Source of the DNA: Pseudomonadales bacterium
GTDB taxonomy: Bacteria > Pseudomonadota > Gammaproteobacteria > Pseudomonadales > UBA5518
Reading direction: 5' to 3'
Assembly (NCBI GenBank): GCA_018057015.1
Contig: JAGPES010000001.1
Location: 1 to 43,942 of the forward strand
Length of the DNA stretch: 43,942 nt
Shown here: positions 23,469 through 32,919 of the stretch, in pieces
How the letters are laid out: every line of letters begins with the position of its first letter
Position numbering within the stretch: position 1 is the stretch's first letter
Notes under the pieces: model-generated
Seen by the model: only the letters and a program-made list of their open reading frames with translations
Told to the model about the DNA's origin: nothing
Database searches by the model: none
Position numbers and translations under genes: made by a program

Positions 23469-25860
23469 GCGCGGCAGCCTCCTTCGGCTTGGGCAGCAGG
23501 AAATGCGCGAGCGCCGGCATCAGCACCAGCGCGCCGACCATGTTCCACAGGAACATGAAGGTCAGCAGGATCCCCATGTCGGCCTGGAACTTGATCGGCG
23601 AGAAGGCCCACGCCACCACGCCGGAGGCGAGCGTGACACCGACCAGCGCCACCACGCGACCGGTAAAGGCGAGCGCCGCCGCGTAGGCCTTTTCCAGCGG
23701 CAAGCCCTGCCGGGTCTTGGCCAGCGTCACCGTGAGCACGTAAAGCGCGTAGTCGATGCCGATGCCGACGCCGAGCGCGATCACCGGCAGCGTCGCCACC
23801 TTGACGCCGATGCCGAGCACCACCATCAGCGCCTCGCAGAGAACGGACGTGACCATCAGCGGGATCACCGCGCACAGCACCCCGGCAAACGAGCGGAAGG
23901 TGATGAAGCTGAGCACGATCACCGCCGCGTAGACGTAGATCATCATTTCGCGATTGGCCTTCTTCACCACGATGTTGGTGGCGGCCTCGAAACCCGCGTT
24001 GCCCGCCGCGCCGAGAAACTGCACCTGGTCGCTGGACCATTCGGCGTTGAACTCCGCCAGCGTGTCGACCACGGACTGCAGCGTCTTCGCCTTGTGATCG
24101 GACAGGTAGACCAGCAGCGGCGACAGCGAGCACTCGGGGTTGACCAGCCGCTGGTCAACCAGCTCGACGGCGGCATAGTTGATCGAGGACTGGTTGCGAT
24201 TGAGCGAGCGCCACTTGATGTAGCCCTCGTTCAGACCCGCCAGCAGCTGCCGCGTGCCGGTGTTCATGCCAACCACGTCCTCGACTTCGGGCAGCTGGCG
24301 CAGCCTCCACTCGAGCTCGTCAGCCAGGCTGAGCGCCTCGTAGTTCGTACAGCCGTCCTGCGGGGTCTTCACGATGACCGCGAAGATGTCGCTGGACACC
24401 GAGTAGTGCTCGATCATGAACTTGACGTCCTGGTTGTAGCGCGAATCGGGCAGCAGCTCCGGCGCGCCCGGATCGAGGTCGCCTATCTGCAGGTCCTCGG
24501 CGACGAACAGCGCCCCCACGGTCAGCGCGGCGGCGATAAGAATCGCCGCTGTCGCCCACGGACGGCGCGTGAATCGCAGCAGGAAGGCCCACAGTCCGCG
24601 CAGCTCCCCGTGCGACTCCTGCTCGTGGCGCACGGCGCGCGCCGCCGCGCTCGTGGTGACCCCGAGATACGACAGCGCCACCGGGATCATGATCAGGTTG
24701 GTGAAGATCAGCACCGACACGCCGATGCTCGCGGTGATCGCCAGGTCCTGGATCACGGGGATCGTGATGATCAGCAGCACCAGGAAGCCCACGCCGTCGG
24801 CGGCGAGCGCGGTGAAGCCCGCGAGGAACAGGCGGCGGAAGGTGTAGCGCGCGGCCACGTACTTGTGGCAGCCGCGCCCGATGTCCTGCAGCACGCCATT
24901 GAGCTTCTGCGCGCCGTGCGAGATGCCGATCGCGAACACCAGGAACGGCACCAGGATCGAATACGGGTCCAGCTCGAAGCCGAAGGCCGTGAGCAGGCCG
25001 AGTTGCCAGATCACGGCGGCAATCGTCACGCCCAGCACGATCAGCGTGCTGCGCCAGCAGCGCGTGTACCAGTACAGCAGCGCCACCGAGATCACCACCG
25101 CGACACCGAAGAACATCATCACCGCGACCAGGCCTTCGACGAGGTCGCCGACGATCTTCGCGAAGCCGGTGATGTGGATCCGGATGCCGTCGCGCTGGAA
25201 CCTCTCGCGTATCTCTTCCAGGCGCTGCGAGAACTCGAACAGATTGATTGGCTCGCCGGTTTCGGCATCGGTCTGCGCGATCGGGACCAGGATCGCCGCC
25301 GAGCGCAGGTCATTGGCGACGAGATTGCCCACGAGACCGGCGCGCTCGACGTTCAGCTTCACCAGCTCGATCGACGCCGGCGAACCGTCGTAGTCGGGCG
25401 GTATCACCGGCCCGCCCTCGAAGCCTTCCTCGGTCACCACGCGATAGCGTGTGTTCGGCGTCCACAGCGACTTCATGCTCTCGCGCGCCACGCCGGGCGT
25501 GTAGAACACCTCGTTGCTGATCTCCTGGAATGTCGTGAGGAATTCGGGCGTGAAGATCGACTCGTCGTCGGTTTCCACCGCCACCCGCAGCACGTTGCCC
25601 AGCCCGCGCAGAAATTCCGCGTTGGCCTTGTAATTCTGCACGTAGGGGTGATCCGTCGGCAGCATCTTCTCGAAACTGCCCAGCATCTGCAGCCGGGTCG
25701 CGGCGATCCAGCCGAGCACGACGGTGATCACCAGGAAAGCGACGAATATCGCGCCGCGGTTGTTGAAAACCAGCCGCTCGATGAGGTTCCCGGACTGCGC
25801 GTCGAATTGCGCGAGCTCACGGATCGGCGGGAAGTCGTCGGTCTGCTCGACGTAGGCCAT
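23461..25860 (-). CDS. RND-superfamily transporter of the MMPL/HpnN-like (lipid) type, 799 aa
   Basis: ORF 23461..25860 with RBS GGGAGAA. It shows duplicated 1+5 TM topology with two large extracytoplasmic loops. No membrane-fusion or OMF gene is adjacent. Confidence 0.85.
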   Translation of the reverse strand: MAYVEQTDDFPPIRELAQFDAQSGNLIERLVFNNRGAIFVAFLVITVVLGWIAATRLQMLGSFEKMLPTDHPYVQNYKANAEFLRGLGNVLRVAVETDDESIFTPEFLTTFQEISNEVFYTPGVARESMKSLWTPNTRYRVVTEEGFEGGPVIPPDYDGSPASIELVKLNVERAGLVGNLVANDLRSAAILVPIAQTDAETGEPINLFEFSQRLEEIRERFQRDGIRIHITGFAKIVGDLVEGLVAVMMFFGVAVVISVALLYWYTRCWRSTLIVLGVTIAAVIWQLGLLTAFGFELDPYSILVPFLVFAIGISHGAQKLNGVLQDIGRGCHKYVAARYTFRRLFLAGFTALAADGVGFLVLLIITIPVIQDLAITASIGVSVLIFTNLIMIPVALSYLGVTTSAAARAVRHEQESHGELRGLWAFLLRFTRRPWATAAILIAAALTVGALFVAEDLQIGDLDPGAPELLPDSRYNQDVKFMIEHYSVSSDIFAVIVKTPQDGCTNYEALSLADELEWRLRQLPEVEDVVGMNTGTRQLLAGLNEGYIKWRSLNRNQSSINYAAVELVDQRLVNPECSLSPLLVYLSDHKAKTLQSVVDTLAEFNAEWSSDQVQFLGAAGNAGFEAATNIVVKKANREMMIYVYAAVIVLSFITFRSFAGVLCAVIPLMVTSVLCEALMVVLGIGVKVATLPVIALGVGIGIDYALYVLTVTLAKTRQGLPLEKAYAAALAFTGRVVALVGVTLASGVVAWAFSPIKFQADMGILLTFMFLWNMVGALVLMPALAHFLLPKPKEAAAHA

Positions 25861-25878
25861 GCGTTTCTCCCGTCTCCG

Positions 25879-27021
25879 TCAGGGTTGTTGTGCCGCGGCC
25901 ACCGCCGCGGGCAGGCGCTGCACGCGAAGGCCGAAGCTCCCGCTCATGATCAGCTCGCCCGGACGCCCCTCCAGCAGGTCGCTCACGGGTTTGGGATCCT
26001 CGACGGGCAGCGGCGTGAAATTCACGCCCTCGTCCACGCTCAGGAACAGGTTTCCTTCCTGGGTCGCGATCACCACGCGACCGTCGGCAAGCACGGTTCC
26101 GGCCACGACGGAGCTGGTCTGGGGCTTGTTGGCCTCCTGCCAGGTGAGGCCGCGATCGGTCGAGCGGAACACCAGCCCGCGTAAGCCGCCGGTCACCAGC
26201 GTGCCACCCCGCGTGGCGAGGAGCGTGAACATGCTGCCGTCGTAGGGGAAATCCAGTCGGCGCCAATGCCCCGTGGACGGATCCAGCGTCAGCAGCGTGC
26301 CCATTTCGCCGGTCAGGAACTCCTGTGGCGCGACAGCGTCCGTCGCCGCGACGTCGCCAGCGGCCGGCGCAGGCGCGAGCGCCGCATGGTCGAACAGGTG
26401 CACGAGCTGATCGAGATCCAGCAGCTCCATCACCGGAAACCACGACTCGCCGCCGTCCTCGGTGCGGAACAGCAGGCCGTAGGCGCCGGCAGCAAAGCCG
26501 CTCCTGGCATCGTCCATGACGACCCTGAAGAAGGGACGATCCGCGGCCTGCTCGGTCGCGAGCGTCATCTCGTCGACCAGGAAGGCGAAGCGCTCGTTGT
26601 CGGGCTCCTGCTCCTGCTTCTTGCGGTAATGGTCGAGCCCGATCTGTGCGAGCCGCACGCCGTCGAGCTGCTTGACCCAGGACTTGCCGCCATCGCTGCT
26701 GTGCAACACCACGCCGTCATGGCCGACGACCCAACCCTGCTCCGGCGTCGGGAACGCCGCGTCGAGGAGGGAGGAACGCACCGGCACCGATTCGGCCTGG
26801 ACCCAGCTCTGCCCGAAATCGTCCGAGTACAGGATGTGCCCGCGGATGCCGGTGGCGAACACGCGATCACCCGCGCGGGTGAGCGAGTACACCAACGCGC
26901 GCTCCGCCAGCGGGGACTGCACCGCGGGAAGTTCGAGGACATCGTAGCGCTTCGTGTCCTGCGCTGCGGCCAGCGGTGCCAGCAGGCAGGCTGCGCAGAC
27001 GAGGGCGGCGAGTTTTTTCAT
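25879..27021 (-). CDS. Ycf48-like / BNR-repeat beta-propeller protein, secreted, 380 aa
   Basis: ORF 25879..27021 has signal peptide MKKLAALVCAACLLAPLAAAQD. It carries repeated SxDxGxSW motifs (YSDDFGQSW, HSSDGGKSW, RTEDGGESW, RSTDRGLTW). Confidence 0.75.
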   Translation of the reverse strand: MKKLAALVCAACLLAPLAAAQDTKRYDVLELPAVQSPLAERALVYSLTRAGDRVFATGIRGHILYSDDFGQSWVQAESVPVRSSLLDAAFPTPEQGWVVGHDGVVLHSSDGGKSWVKQLDGVRLAQIGLDHYRKKQEQEPDNERFAFLVDEMTLATEQAADRPFFRVVMDDARSGFAAGAYGLLFRTEDGGESWFPVMELLDLDQLVHLFDHAALAPAPAAGDVAATDAVAPQEFLTGEMGTLLTLDPSTGHWRRLDFPYDGSMFTLLATRGGTLVTGGLRGLVFRSTDRGLTWQEANKPQTSSVVAGTVLADGRVVIATQEGNLFLSVDEGVNFTPLPVEDPKPVSDLLEGRPGELIMSGSFGLRVQRLPAAVAAAQQP

Positions 27022-27130
27022 GATTCTTGTTACTCCCGAAACCAGGCTCCGGGCCGCATCACGCGTCCCGGCGACATCGGCACCACGCGCGCGCCGGCCG
27101 CCCCGACCGGCGACCGGCGCGCCGCACGGA

Positions 27131-28504
27131 TCAGCGCACGCCCGTGCGCGCGATGCCCTGCGATGTGAAGAACTGCTCGGACTCGTCGAAACCCTGCGTG
27201 AAGGTGCCCGGGTTCGGCTTGGTATTGATGCTGTAGATGCCCGCCTTCAGGTCGTAGGCGCCAAGGGCCGTGTTGCCGGGCGCCGGAATGTCCCACTGGA
27301 TGAAGGGGTACATCTGCTGCACCCGCCACAACTCGCCCTGCCCGTCCCACAGGTCGCCGAGCAGCGCGGTCCAGCTGTCCTCGTCGATGTAGTAGCGGCG
27401 CTTGCCGTAGATGTGGCGGCTGCCGCTCTTCAGCGTGCCCTCGACGACCCAGACGCGGTGCTTCTCCCAGCGCACGAACTCGGGCTTGAAGAAGTGCTTG
27501 TCGAGCAGGTCCAGGGCCGTCTTCTCGAACACGAAGGTGTTGCAGTTGTAGGGGATCAGCATTTCCTGCTTGCCGACCAGCTTCCACTCGAAACGCTCCG
27601 GCGAGCCGTTGTACATGTAGGAGTCGTCGTAGGTCGAGGTGCCCGCGGTGGAGGGGTTCGGCGTGTCGAAGGACACCGAGGGCGCCTTGCGCACGCGGCG
27701 CTGGCCCGTCAGGTACTGCCACGCATCGCGGCCCTTGCCGGCCGTGTAGTCGGCGCCGGGCTCGTGCACCAGCAGGATCTCGCCGGCACGGCGCGGCGGT
27801 GCCAGGTAGTCGATGCGCAGGTAGGCGTAGCGCAGGTCGGTCGAGCCGTAGTTGCGCTTCTTGTAGTGCTCCATGAACATGGGGTATTCGAACCAGTTGT
27901 CGGCGCTGGCCGCGAGCACGGGCTTGCCGTTGGCGTCGACGTAAAAGCTGTCGTAGCGGTAATAGGACTGGACACCCTGGAACCGGATCATGTGGTTCCA
28001 CAGCACTTCGAGACCGCTCTGCGGAACCGGGAAGGGCACGCCCGGCACGTTGCCCTCGATCATCTGCCCGTCGGCGACCAGCTTGGCGCCCGTCGCGTTC
28101 TGCTTCGTGGCGTCGTAGTACCACTGCGGCTGCGAGACGTTGCGGTGCGTCGGGTAGACATCGAGCCGGAAGCCGTCCTTGCCGTAGCGTTTCAGGATCG
28201 CCTGCGTCCCTTCGGAGAGGATATCGGCGTACTGGGCCATGTTGTCGACCGTGACCTGGTAGATCGGCTTTTCATCCGGGTAGGGGTTCGGGTACTCGGT
28301 ACCCGGTTTCCAGCCGGCGGGCACCGTCACGCCCTTGCCGTCCCACGCGGGGATCGAACCGTCGGCATTGCCGGCCTTCTCGGCGCCCACCGGCGTGAGC
28401 TCGGCACCGAGGCGCGCTGCCTGGTCCGCACCGACCGCGGCGTGCAGCACCGTGGAGGAAGCGGCGCCGATCAGCGCCGCCGCGAATATGCTTTTTATCT
28501 TCAT
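27131..28504 (-). CDS. DUF1329 domain protein (LolA-like fold family), secreted, 457 aa
   Basis: ORF 27131..28504 with RBS AGGAGC and signal peptide MKIKSIFAAALIGAASSTVLHA. Length and the motifs ...VYPTHRN...NHMIRFQG...YNCNTFVFE...KHRVWVVEGTLK match my recollection of DUF1329. Confidence 0.75.
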   Translation of the reverse strand: MKIKSIFAAALIGAASSTVLHAAVGADQAARLGAELTPVGAEKAGNADGSIPAWDGKGVTVPAGWKPGTEYPNPYPDEKPIYQVTVDNMAQYADILSEGTQAILKRYGKDGFRLDVYPTHRNVSQPQWYYDATKQNATGAKLVADGQMIEGNVPGVPFPVPQSGLEVLWNHMIRFQGVQSYYRYDSFYVDANGKPVLAASADNWFEYPMFMEHYKKRNYGSTDLRYAYLRIDYLAPPRRAGEILLVHEPGADYTAGKGRDAWQYLTGQRRVRKAPSVSFDTPNPSTAGTSTYDDSYMYNGSPERFEWKLVGKQEMLIPYNCNTFVFEKTALDLLDKHFFKPEFVRWEKHRVWVVEGTLKSGSRHIYGKRRYYIDEDSWTALLGDLWDGQGELWRVQQMYPFIQWDIPAPGNTALGAYDLKAGIYSINTKPNPGTFTQGFDESEQFFTSQGIARTGVR

Positions 28505-28533
28505 GACGCGAATGCTCCTGTGAAAATCCGGGC

Positions 28534-30450
28534 TCAGAAAGTGCGCTTGACGGTGAACGAGACGTTGTCGCGGTCGATCAGGTTGCCGAGGCTGCCGCGG
28601 TCCTGGTCGCCGAAGAACACGTTGTACTTCAGGTCGATGTTCCAGACCTGCTGGTAATCGAGCGCCAGGCCGATCGAGGCGATGCCGAGCGACTGGTCGC
28701 CGCCGCCGCGCAGGGGCGAGTGGCCGTTGATGCCGTAGGACAGCGACATGGGCAGCCTAAGGTCGAGGCTGGGCGCCACCTGGAACCACTGCGGCGAGAA
28801 CACCGCGTAAATCGAGGTTGCGACGTCGTTTTCGTCGATGAACGAGTTGGCGATCTGCTCGTTGTCGCCGTAGCTCAGCAGCGACGTGGCCGTGAATTCC
28901 ATCGCGTAGGAGCCCCCGTCCCACAACGCGTTCGGATTCAGGAAGCCCAGGCCGTTAACCACCAGGCTCATCACGTCGCCGGTCGCGCCGGCGTAGTTGC
29001 TGCCGTTGTCGGCGCCATCGAAGTCGAAGTTGGCGTTGGCGCTCGAGAAACCCGCGCCCTCGAGCGTGCCCGCGACCGCGCCCGCCAGCGCCCCGAAATT
29101 GGGATAAGGTTCGGTGCGGAGCAGGGTCGCCCTGCCGAAGTCGATCGCGACGTCGTGGCGGTAGGCGAGGTCCATGCCGAAAGAGATGCCCGCGATCTCC
29201 TTGCCCAGGCTCATGCCGAACAGCTCGTTGTCCTCGCGGTAGGTCCACTTGAAGCGACCGATACCGACCGCGGGGTAACCGCCCCCGGTGTAGTAGCCGA
29301 ACTGGTCCGGTTTCTCGCCGCCGGCAAAAGCCGGCCATAAATTGACCAGCAACTGCGCCGTTGCGCTGGTCGGCGCCAACGCGGTGGCGTACTGACCGAC
29401 ATTGAGCGCACCGATCACGCCTTGAGGCGCCTTGTCGTGGTAATTGAGGAAATACAGGCCCAGTTCGAGACCGTCCTCGAACACGTACTGCATGCCCAGG
29501 CCCCATTCCCCTTCTTCGGGCTCCTCGGAACTGTTCTGCACGAAACCGGTGCGCGGCGAGATGAGCGCGCGCGTGACCGGATCCACCTGCCCTGCGACCA
29601 GCGTCGCGAACTCCGCCTGGTCCATCGAGATCTCCGTCAGCGTGAAGTAGCTGCCGGGCGCGGGGTAGCGCGTCGGTTCCCACTCGAAGGAGTAATAGCC
29701 GACCAGTGACAGGTTGGAATTGATCTGGAACGAACCCGACAGCTTGTTGGTCGGCAGGAATAGCTCCTTGGCTTCCGACCCGGGCACCCCGAGCCCCTTG
29801 GCCTGGTCGATGGGCGCCATCGCGCCGGCAATGCCGTTGGTCGCGCCGGATGCGAACAGGCTCTGTCCCCAGTACAGCGTGTGGCGCCCGGCGCGCACGC
29901 TGGCCTCCCCGCTGCCGACCTGGAAGTTGGCGAACACGAAGGCATCGAGCAGTTCGCCGCCCCGGTATGCATAATCGTCGGCGTAGTCGTTGAACTGGCC
30001 CGGACGCACCGTGAGGGAGCCCCAGGTGTCGGTGTAATTGCCGTTGATCCGGTAGTCCTTGTTGACGCCCGGATGGTCGCTGTCGCCGCTGTAGGCGTGG
30101 TCGTACCACCCGGCACCACTCACGCGGAAGCCGAAACGCTTCTTCCACACCAACTCGAGCTCCGAGAGCAGATCGGCGCGATTGCTCACGACGCCGGTGT
30201 CGAAGGCCAGGTTCGCGTCATCGAACAGGGAAGGACTCGCACTGTTCGTGATATCCGAATCCTGATCCTCGACACGGACCATCAAGTTGTACTTGGCGGT
30301 ATTGTCCCAGCGCACCTCGAGGTCGCTGTTGCCCGTGTCGAACTGCATGGCCCAGCCGTGGCCGGCCGTCATCATTGCCGCAACCGCTATGGCGCGGCTC
30401 AACGCGCGTCGGCGTGTCGTGGCCTGCAGAGTGCATTTGGTCGTGTGCAT
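28534..30450 (-). CDS. DUF1302 domain outer-membrane beta-barrel protein, 638 aa
   Basis: Internal ATG 30450 (RBS GAGGGAGA) of track ORF 28534..30816. A signal-like N-terminus ends AGHGWA. The body has alternating beta-strand-like sequence and the C-terminus ends ...VSFTVKRTF (terminal aromatic, OMP-like). Confidence 0.8.
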   Translation of the reverse strand: MHTTKCTLQATTRRRALSRAIAVAAMMTAGHGWAMQFDTGNSDLEVRWDNTAKYNLMVRVEDQDSDITNSASPSLFDDANLAFDTGVVSNRADLLSELELVWKKRFGFRVSGAGWYDHAYSGDSDHPGVNKDYRINGNYTDTWGSLTVRPGQFNDYADDYAYRGGELLDAFVFANFQVGSGEASVRAGRHTLYWGQSLFASGATNGIAGAMAPIDQAKGLGVPGSEAKELFLPTNKLSGSFQINSNLSLVGYYSFEWEPTRYPAPGSYFTLTEISMDQAEFATLVAGQVDPVTRALISPRTGFVQNSSEEPEEGEWGLGMQYVFEDGLELGLYFLNYHDKAPQGVIGALNVGQYATALAPTSATAQLLVNLWPAFAGGEKPDQFGYYTGGGYPAVGIGRFKWTYREDNELFGMSLGKEIAGISFGMDLAYRHDVAIDFGRATLLRTEPYPNFGALAGAVAGTLEGAGFSSANANFDFDGADNGSNYAGATGDVMSLVVNGLGFLNPNALWDGGSYAMEFTATSLLSYGDNEQIANSFIDENDVATSIYAVFSPQWFQVAPSLDLRLPMSLSYGINGHSPLRGGGDQSLGIASIGLALDYQQVWNIDLKYNVFFGDQDRGSLGNLIDRDNVSFTVKRTF

Positions 30451-30577
30451 GGACGCATCTCCCTCGAGGTTATTGTTGGCTGCAACGCCTTTTGTAGCGG
30501 ATTCTAGCCGTGACTGCGAGCGATTCCTTGATCCAGATTGTATCCGGGCCCGATTCTTCTTCCCTTCGCGGCACCGC

Positions 30578-32392
30578 TCAATCCCCCGCAAACGGTGCCA
30601 CCCCCAGCCGTTCGAGCGCTTCGTGCGAGTATGGCACGTAGCCGCCGGCCGCATCGTCGAGCACCAGCAGCGGATCCGGGACGCGTGCCGGATCGTAGCC
30701 CTCGCGCTGCAGGTCGACCTTGCGCAGCTTGAAGGTGGCGGTGATGTCGGCCTGGGGGCTGAGGCGCAGGAACAGCGGTATGGCGTAGAACGGCAGGCGC
30801 GCACGGCAATGGGCATGGAATGCCGCGGCGTCCAGCGTGCAGCCCGGCTGCATCACCAGCGCCGCCATCCCGGCGCGGCCCTCCTGCCCGGGCACGTGCA
30901 CGCCGTAGACATTGATGGTCTCGATGCCCGGGAAATCGCCTATGGCGTCCGCGACCTCCTGGGTCGAGACGTTCTCCGACTTCCAGCGGAAGGTGTCGCC
31001 GATACGGTCCACGAAGAAGAAGTAGCCGTCATCGTCGTAGCGCATCAGGTCGCCGGAGCTCCACCAGGCATCCCCGGCCACGAAGACGTCGCGCAGGATC
31101 TTCTTCTGCGTGTCCTCGGCCGAGGTGTAGCCCTCGAACGCCGCGCCGTACATGCCGGGTGCGGGAGAGCTGATCAGCCCCAGCACTTCCCCGATTTCCC
31201 CCGGATGGCAGGCAATCATGAAGCCGGCGGCATCGCGCAGGTGCGCGCCTCTCTCGATGTCGTAGCGCGCCAGCCTGAGGTTGCTGCGTTCGAAATACGG
31301 GATGCGCCCGCAGGAGCCGATGCGGTTGTCGAGGTTCATCAGGTTGGTGTTCGCCTCGGTCGAGCCCCAGCCCTCGAAGATCTGCGCCACGCCGAAGCGC
31401 GCCTGGAAGCGCTCCCACACGTCCGCCGACAGGCCGGCGCCGGTCATGGCGCGCAGCGTGTGCTCGCGGTCGTCGGATCGCGGCGGCTGGTTCAGCAGGT
31501 AGCGGCAGATCTCGCCGATGTACTGGCACACCGTGACGCGATGGCGACGCACCTCGTCCCAGAACGCGCTGGCACTGAAGCGCCGGCGCATCACTATCGC
31601 CGCGCCCGCGCTGAGGGCATTCGCCGTGAGCGACATGCCGGCCGCGCTGTGGTAGAGCGGGAGCACGCAATAGAACACGTCCTGCCCGGTCGCCTTCACC
31701 GTCACGCGCATCTGCTCGCCGGAGCTCAGCCAGCGCCAGTGGCTGTTCAGGGCCGCCTTCGGCAGGCCGGTGGTGCCGGAGGTGAAGACATAGACCGCGG
31801 TGTCGCGGCAGCGGATCCCGGCGCGCGCCGCGCGCGGCAGATCCTCCGCGCCGGCCTGCGCGGCGCGCGCGGAGAAATCCAGCGCGCACAGCGCGACGAG
31901 TTCCGGCGTCGCCGGATGCAGCGCATCGGGCCAGCGCCACAGCGGCACGCCCGCAGCGCGCGATTCCGCCACCGTGAAACGCGCCAGCGCCTCGTCGCCC
32001 ACGATGCAGGCCTTCGCCCCGGTGATCGCGAGCGCGTGCGCGAGCGGCCGCCCGCTGATGTTCGTGTTGAGAAAAGCCGGCTTGATGCCTGCCTTCACCA
32101 GCCCGAACCACACCACGAAGAATTCCGGCCGGTTGTCCAGCGACACCGCGCAGGTGTCGCCCCTGGCGAGCCCCAGCGCGAGCGCGGCATGGGCCACGCG
32201 GTTGGCGCGACGGTTGACCTCGGCGTAGCCGAGCGTGTCGTCGCCGGCGATCAGGAAGGGGCGCTCGCCGCAACGGGCGACGATCTCCTCGAACTTGTCG
32301 GCGATGGTGAATTCAGCGGCGGGATCCACGGTCATGGCGGCCTGGACGCGAAGGTCCATGATCGCCTGCGTCTGTTCGCGCGGAACCACCAT
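30578..32392 (-). CDS. FATP/FadD6-type (very-)long-chain acyl-CoA synthetase, 604 aa
   Basis: ORF 30578..32392 with RBS GAGGAAAGGGG. Motifs are FTSGTTGLPKA, EGWGSTE, SGDL, YFFFVDRIGDTFRWKSENVST and TFKLRK, characteristic of the FATP-like clade. Confidence 0.85.
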   Translation of the reverse strand: MVVPREQTQAIMDLRVQAAMTVDPAAEFTIADKFEEIVARCGERPFLIAGDDTLGYAEVNRRANRVAHAALALGLARGDTCAVSLDNRPEFFVVWFGLVKAGIKPAFLNTNISGRPLAHALAITGAKACIVGDEALARFTVAESRAAGVPLWRWPDALHPATPELVALCALDFSARAAQAGAEDLPRAARAGIRCRDTAVYVFTSGTTGLPKAALNSHWRWLSSGEQMRVTVKATGQDVFYCVLPLYHSAAGMSLTANALSAGAAIVMRRRFSASAFWDEVRRHRVTVCQYIGEICRYLLNQPPRSDDREHTLRAMTGAGLSADVWERFQARFGVAQIFEGWGSTEANTNLMNLDNRIGSCGRIPYFERSNLRLARYDIERGAHLRDAAGFMIACHPGEIGEVLGLISSPAPGMYGAAFEGYTSAEDTQKKILRDVFVAGDAWWSSGDLMRYDDDGYFFFVDRIGDTFRWKSENVSTQEVADAIGDFPGIETINVYGVHVPGQEGRAGMAALVMQPGCTLDAAAFHAHCRARLPFYAIPLFLRLSPQADITATFKLRKVDLQREGYDPARVPDPLLVLDDAAGGYVPYSHEALERLGVAPFAGD

Positions 32393-32487
32393 CAGCCACC
32401 CCTTTCCTCTTGTTTTTCCGGATCATAACCCAGCGCCACCAAACGCCCAATAGCCGTGCCATGGGTCCTCGTGCACGGCCGTCGTGC

Positions 32488-32919
32488 TCAGCCGGGGGCA
32501 GCCGTGCTCCCGCGCGAGGTGTGCTCGAGCACGATTTTCCAGTCGTCGCCGGCCAGGTGACGACAAACGAGACTGAATGCCCCCTGGACCAGGAGCCCGG
32601 GAAACCGGTGCGAAAAGGTACCGACCGCAATCACGCTGCTCGCGTCGCATGGCCGCAGCACCACGTCGTGGAGCGCGAAGCGCCCCATGGCCTGCGGATC
32701 GGGCCAGGTCTTGCGATAAAGAGCGGCGACCGCGCGCCAGCCATGGTGATTGACCTCCCCGTGCGAGAGCACCAGCGCATCGTCGTTCCAGTACGCTCCG
32801 AGGTAGGCCTCCATGTCGCCGCGATTCCAGTCGGCCTCGAGCTGTTGCAGCAGGCGCTGTACCTGTGGCCGCGCCGCGGCAAAGGGCACCGGAGGAACGC
32901 CGTTCGTCGAATCATGCAC
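32488..32919 (-). CDS. NTF2-like (SnoaL/DUF4440-type) small protein, 143 aa; GTG start inferred
   Basis: C-terminal part of track ORF 32488..33084. GTG 32919 overlaps the SDR stop (GTGCATGA). The sequence reads ...QVQRLLQQLEADWNRGDMEAYLGAYWNDDALVL...WKIVLEHTS. Confidence 0.55.
   Translation of the reverse strand: MHDSTNGVPPVPFAAARPQVQRLLQQLEADWNRGDMEAYLGAYWNDDALVLSHGEVNHHGWRAVAALYRKTWPDPQAMGRFALHDVVLRPCDASSVIAVGTFSHRFPGLLVQGAFSLVCRHLAGDDWKIVLEHTSRGSTAAPG

Noticed and set aside
30337-30450. Twin-arginine-like TRRRALS motif in the DUF1302 N-terminus, suggesting Tat export.
   Set aside because: Outer-membrane beta-barrels are Sec substrates. The motif lacks the hydrophobic consensus positions (F-L-K) that follow a true Tat motif. 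The start codon choice is itself not certain.
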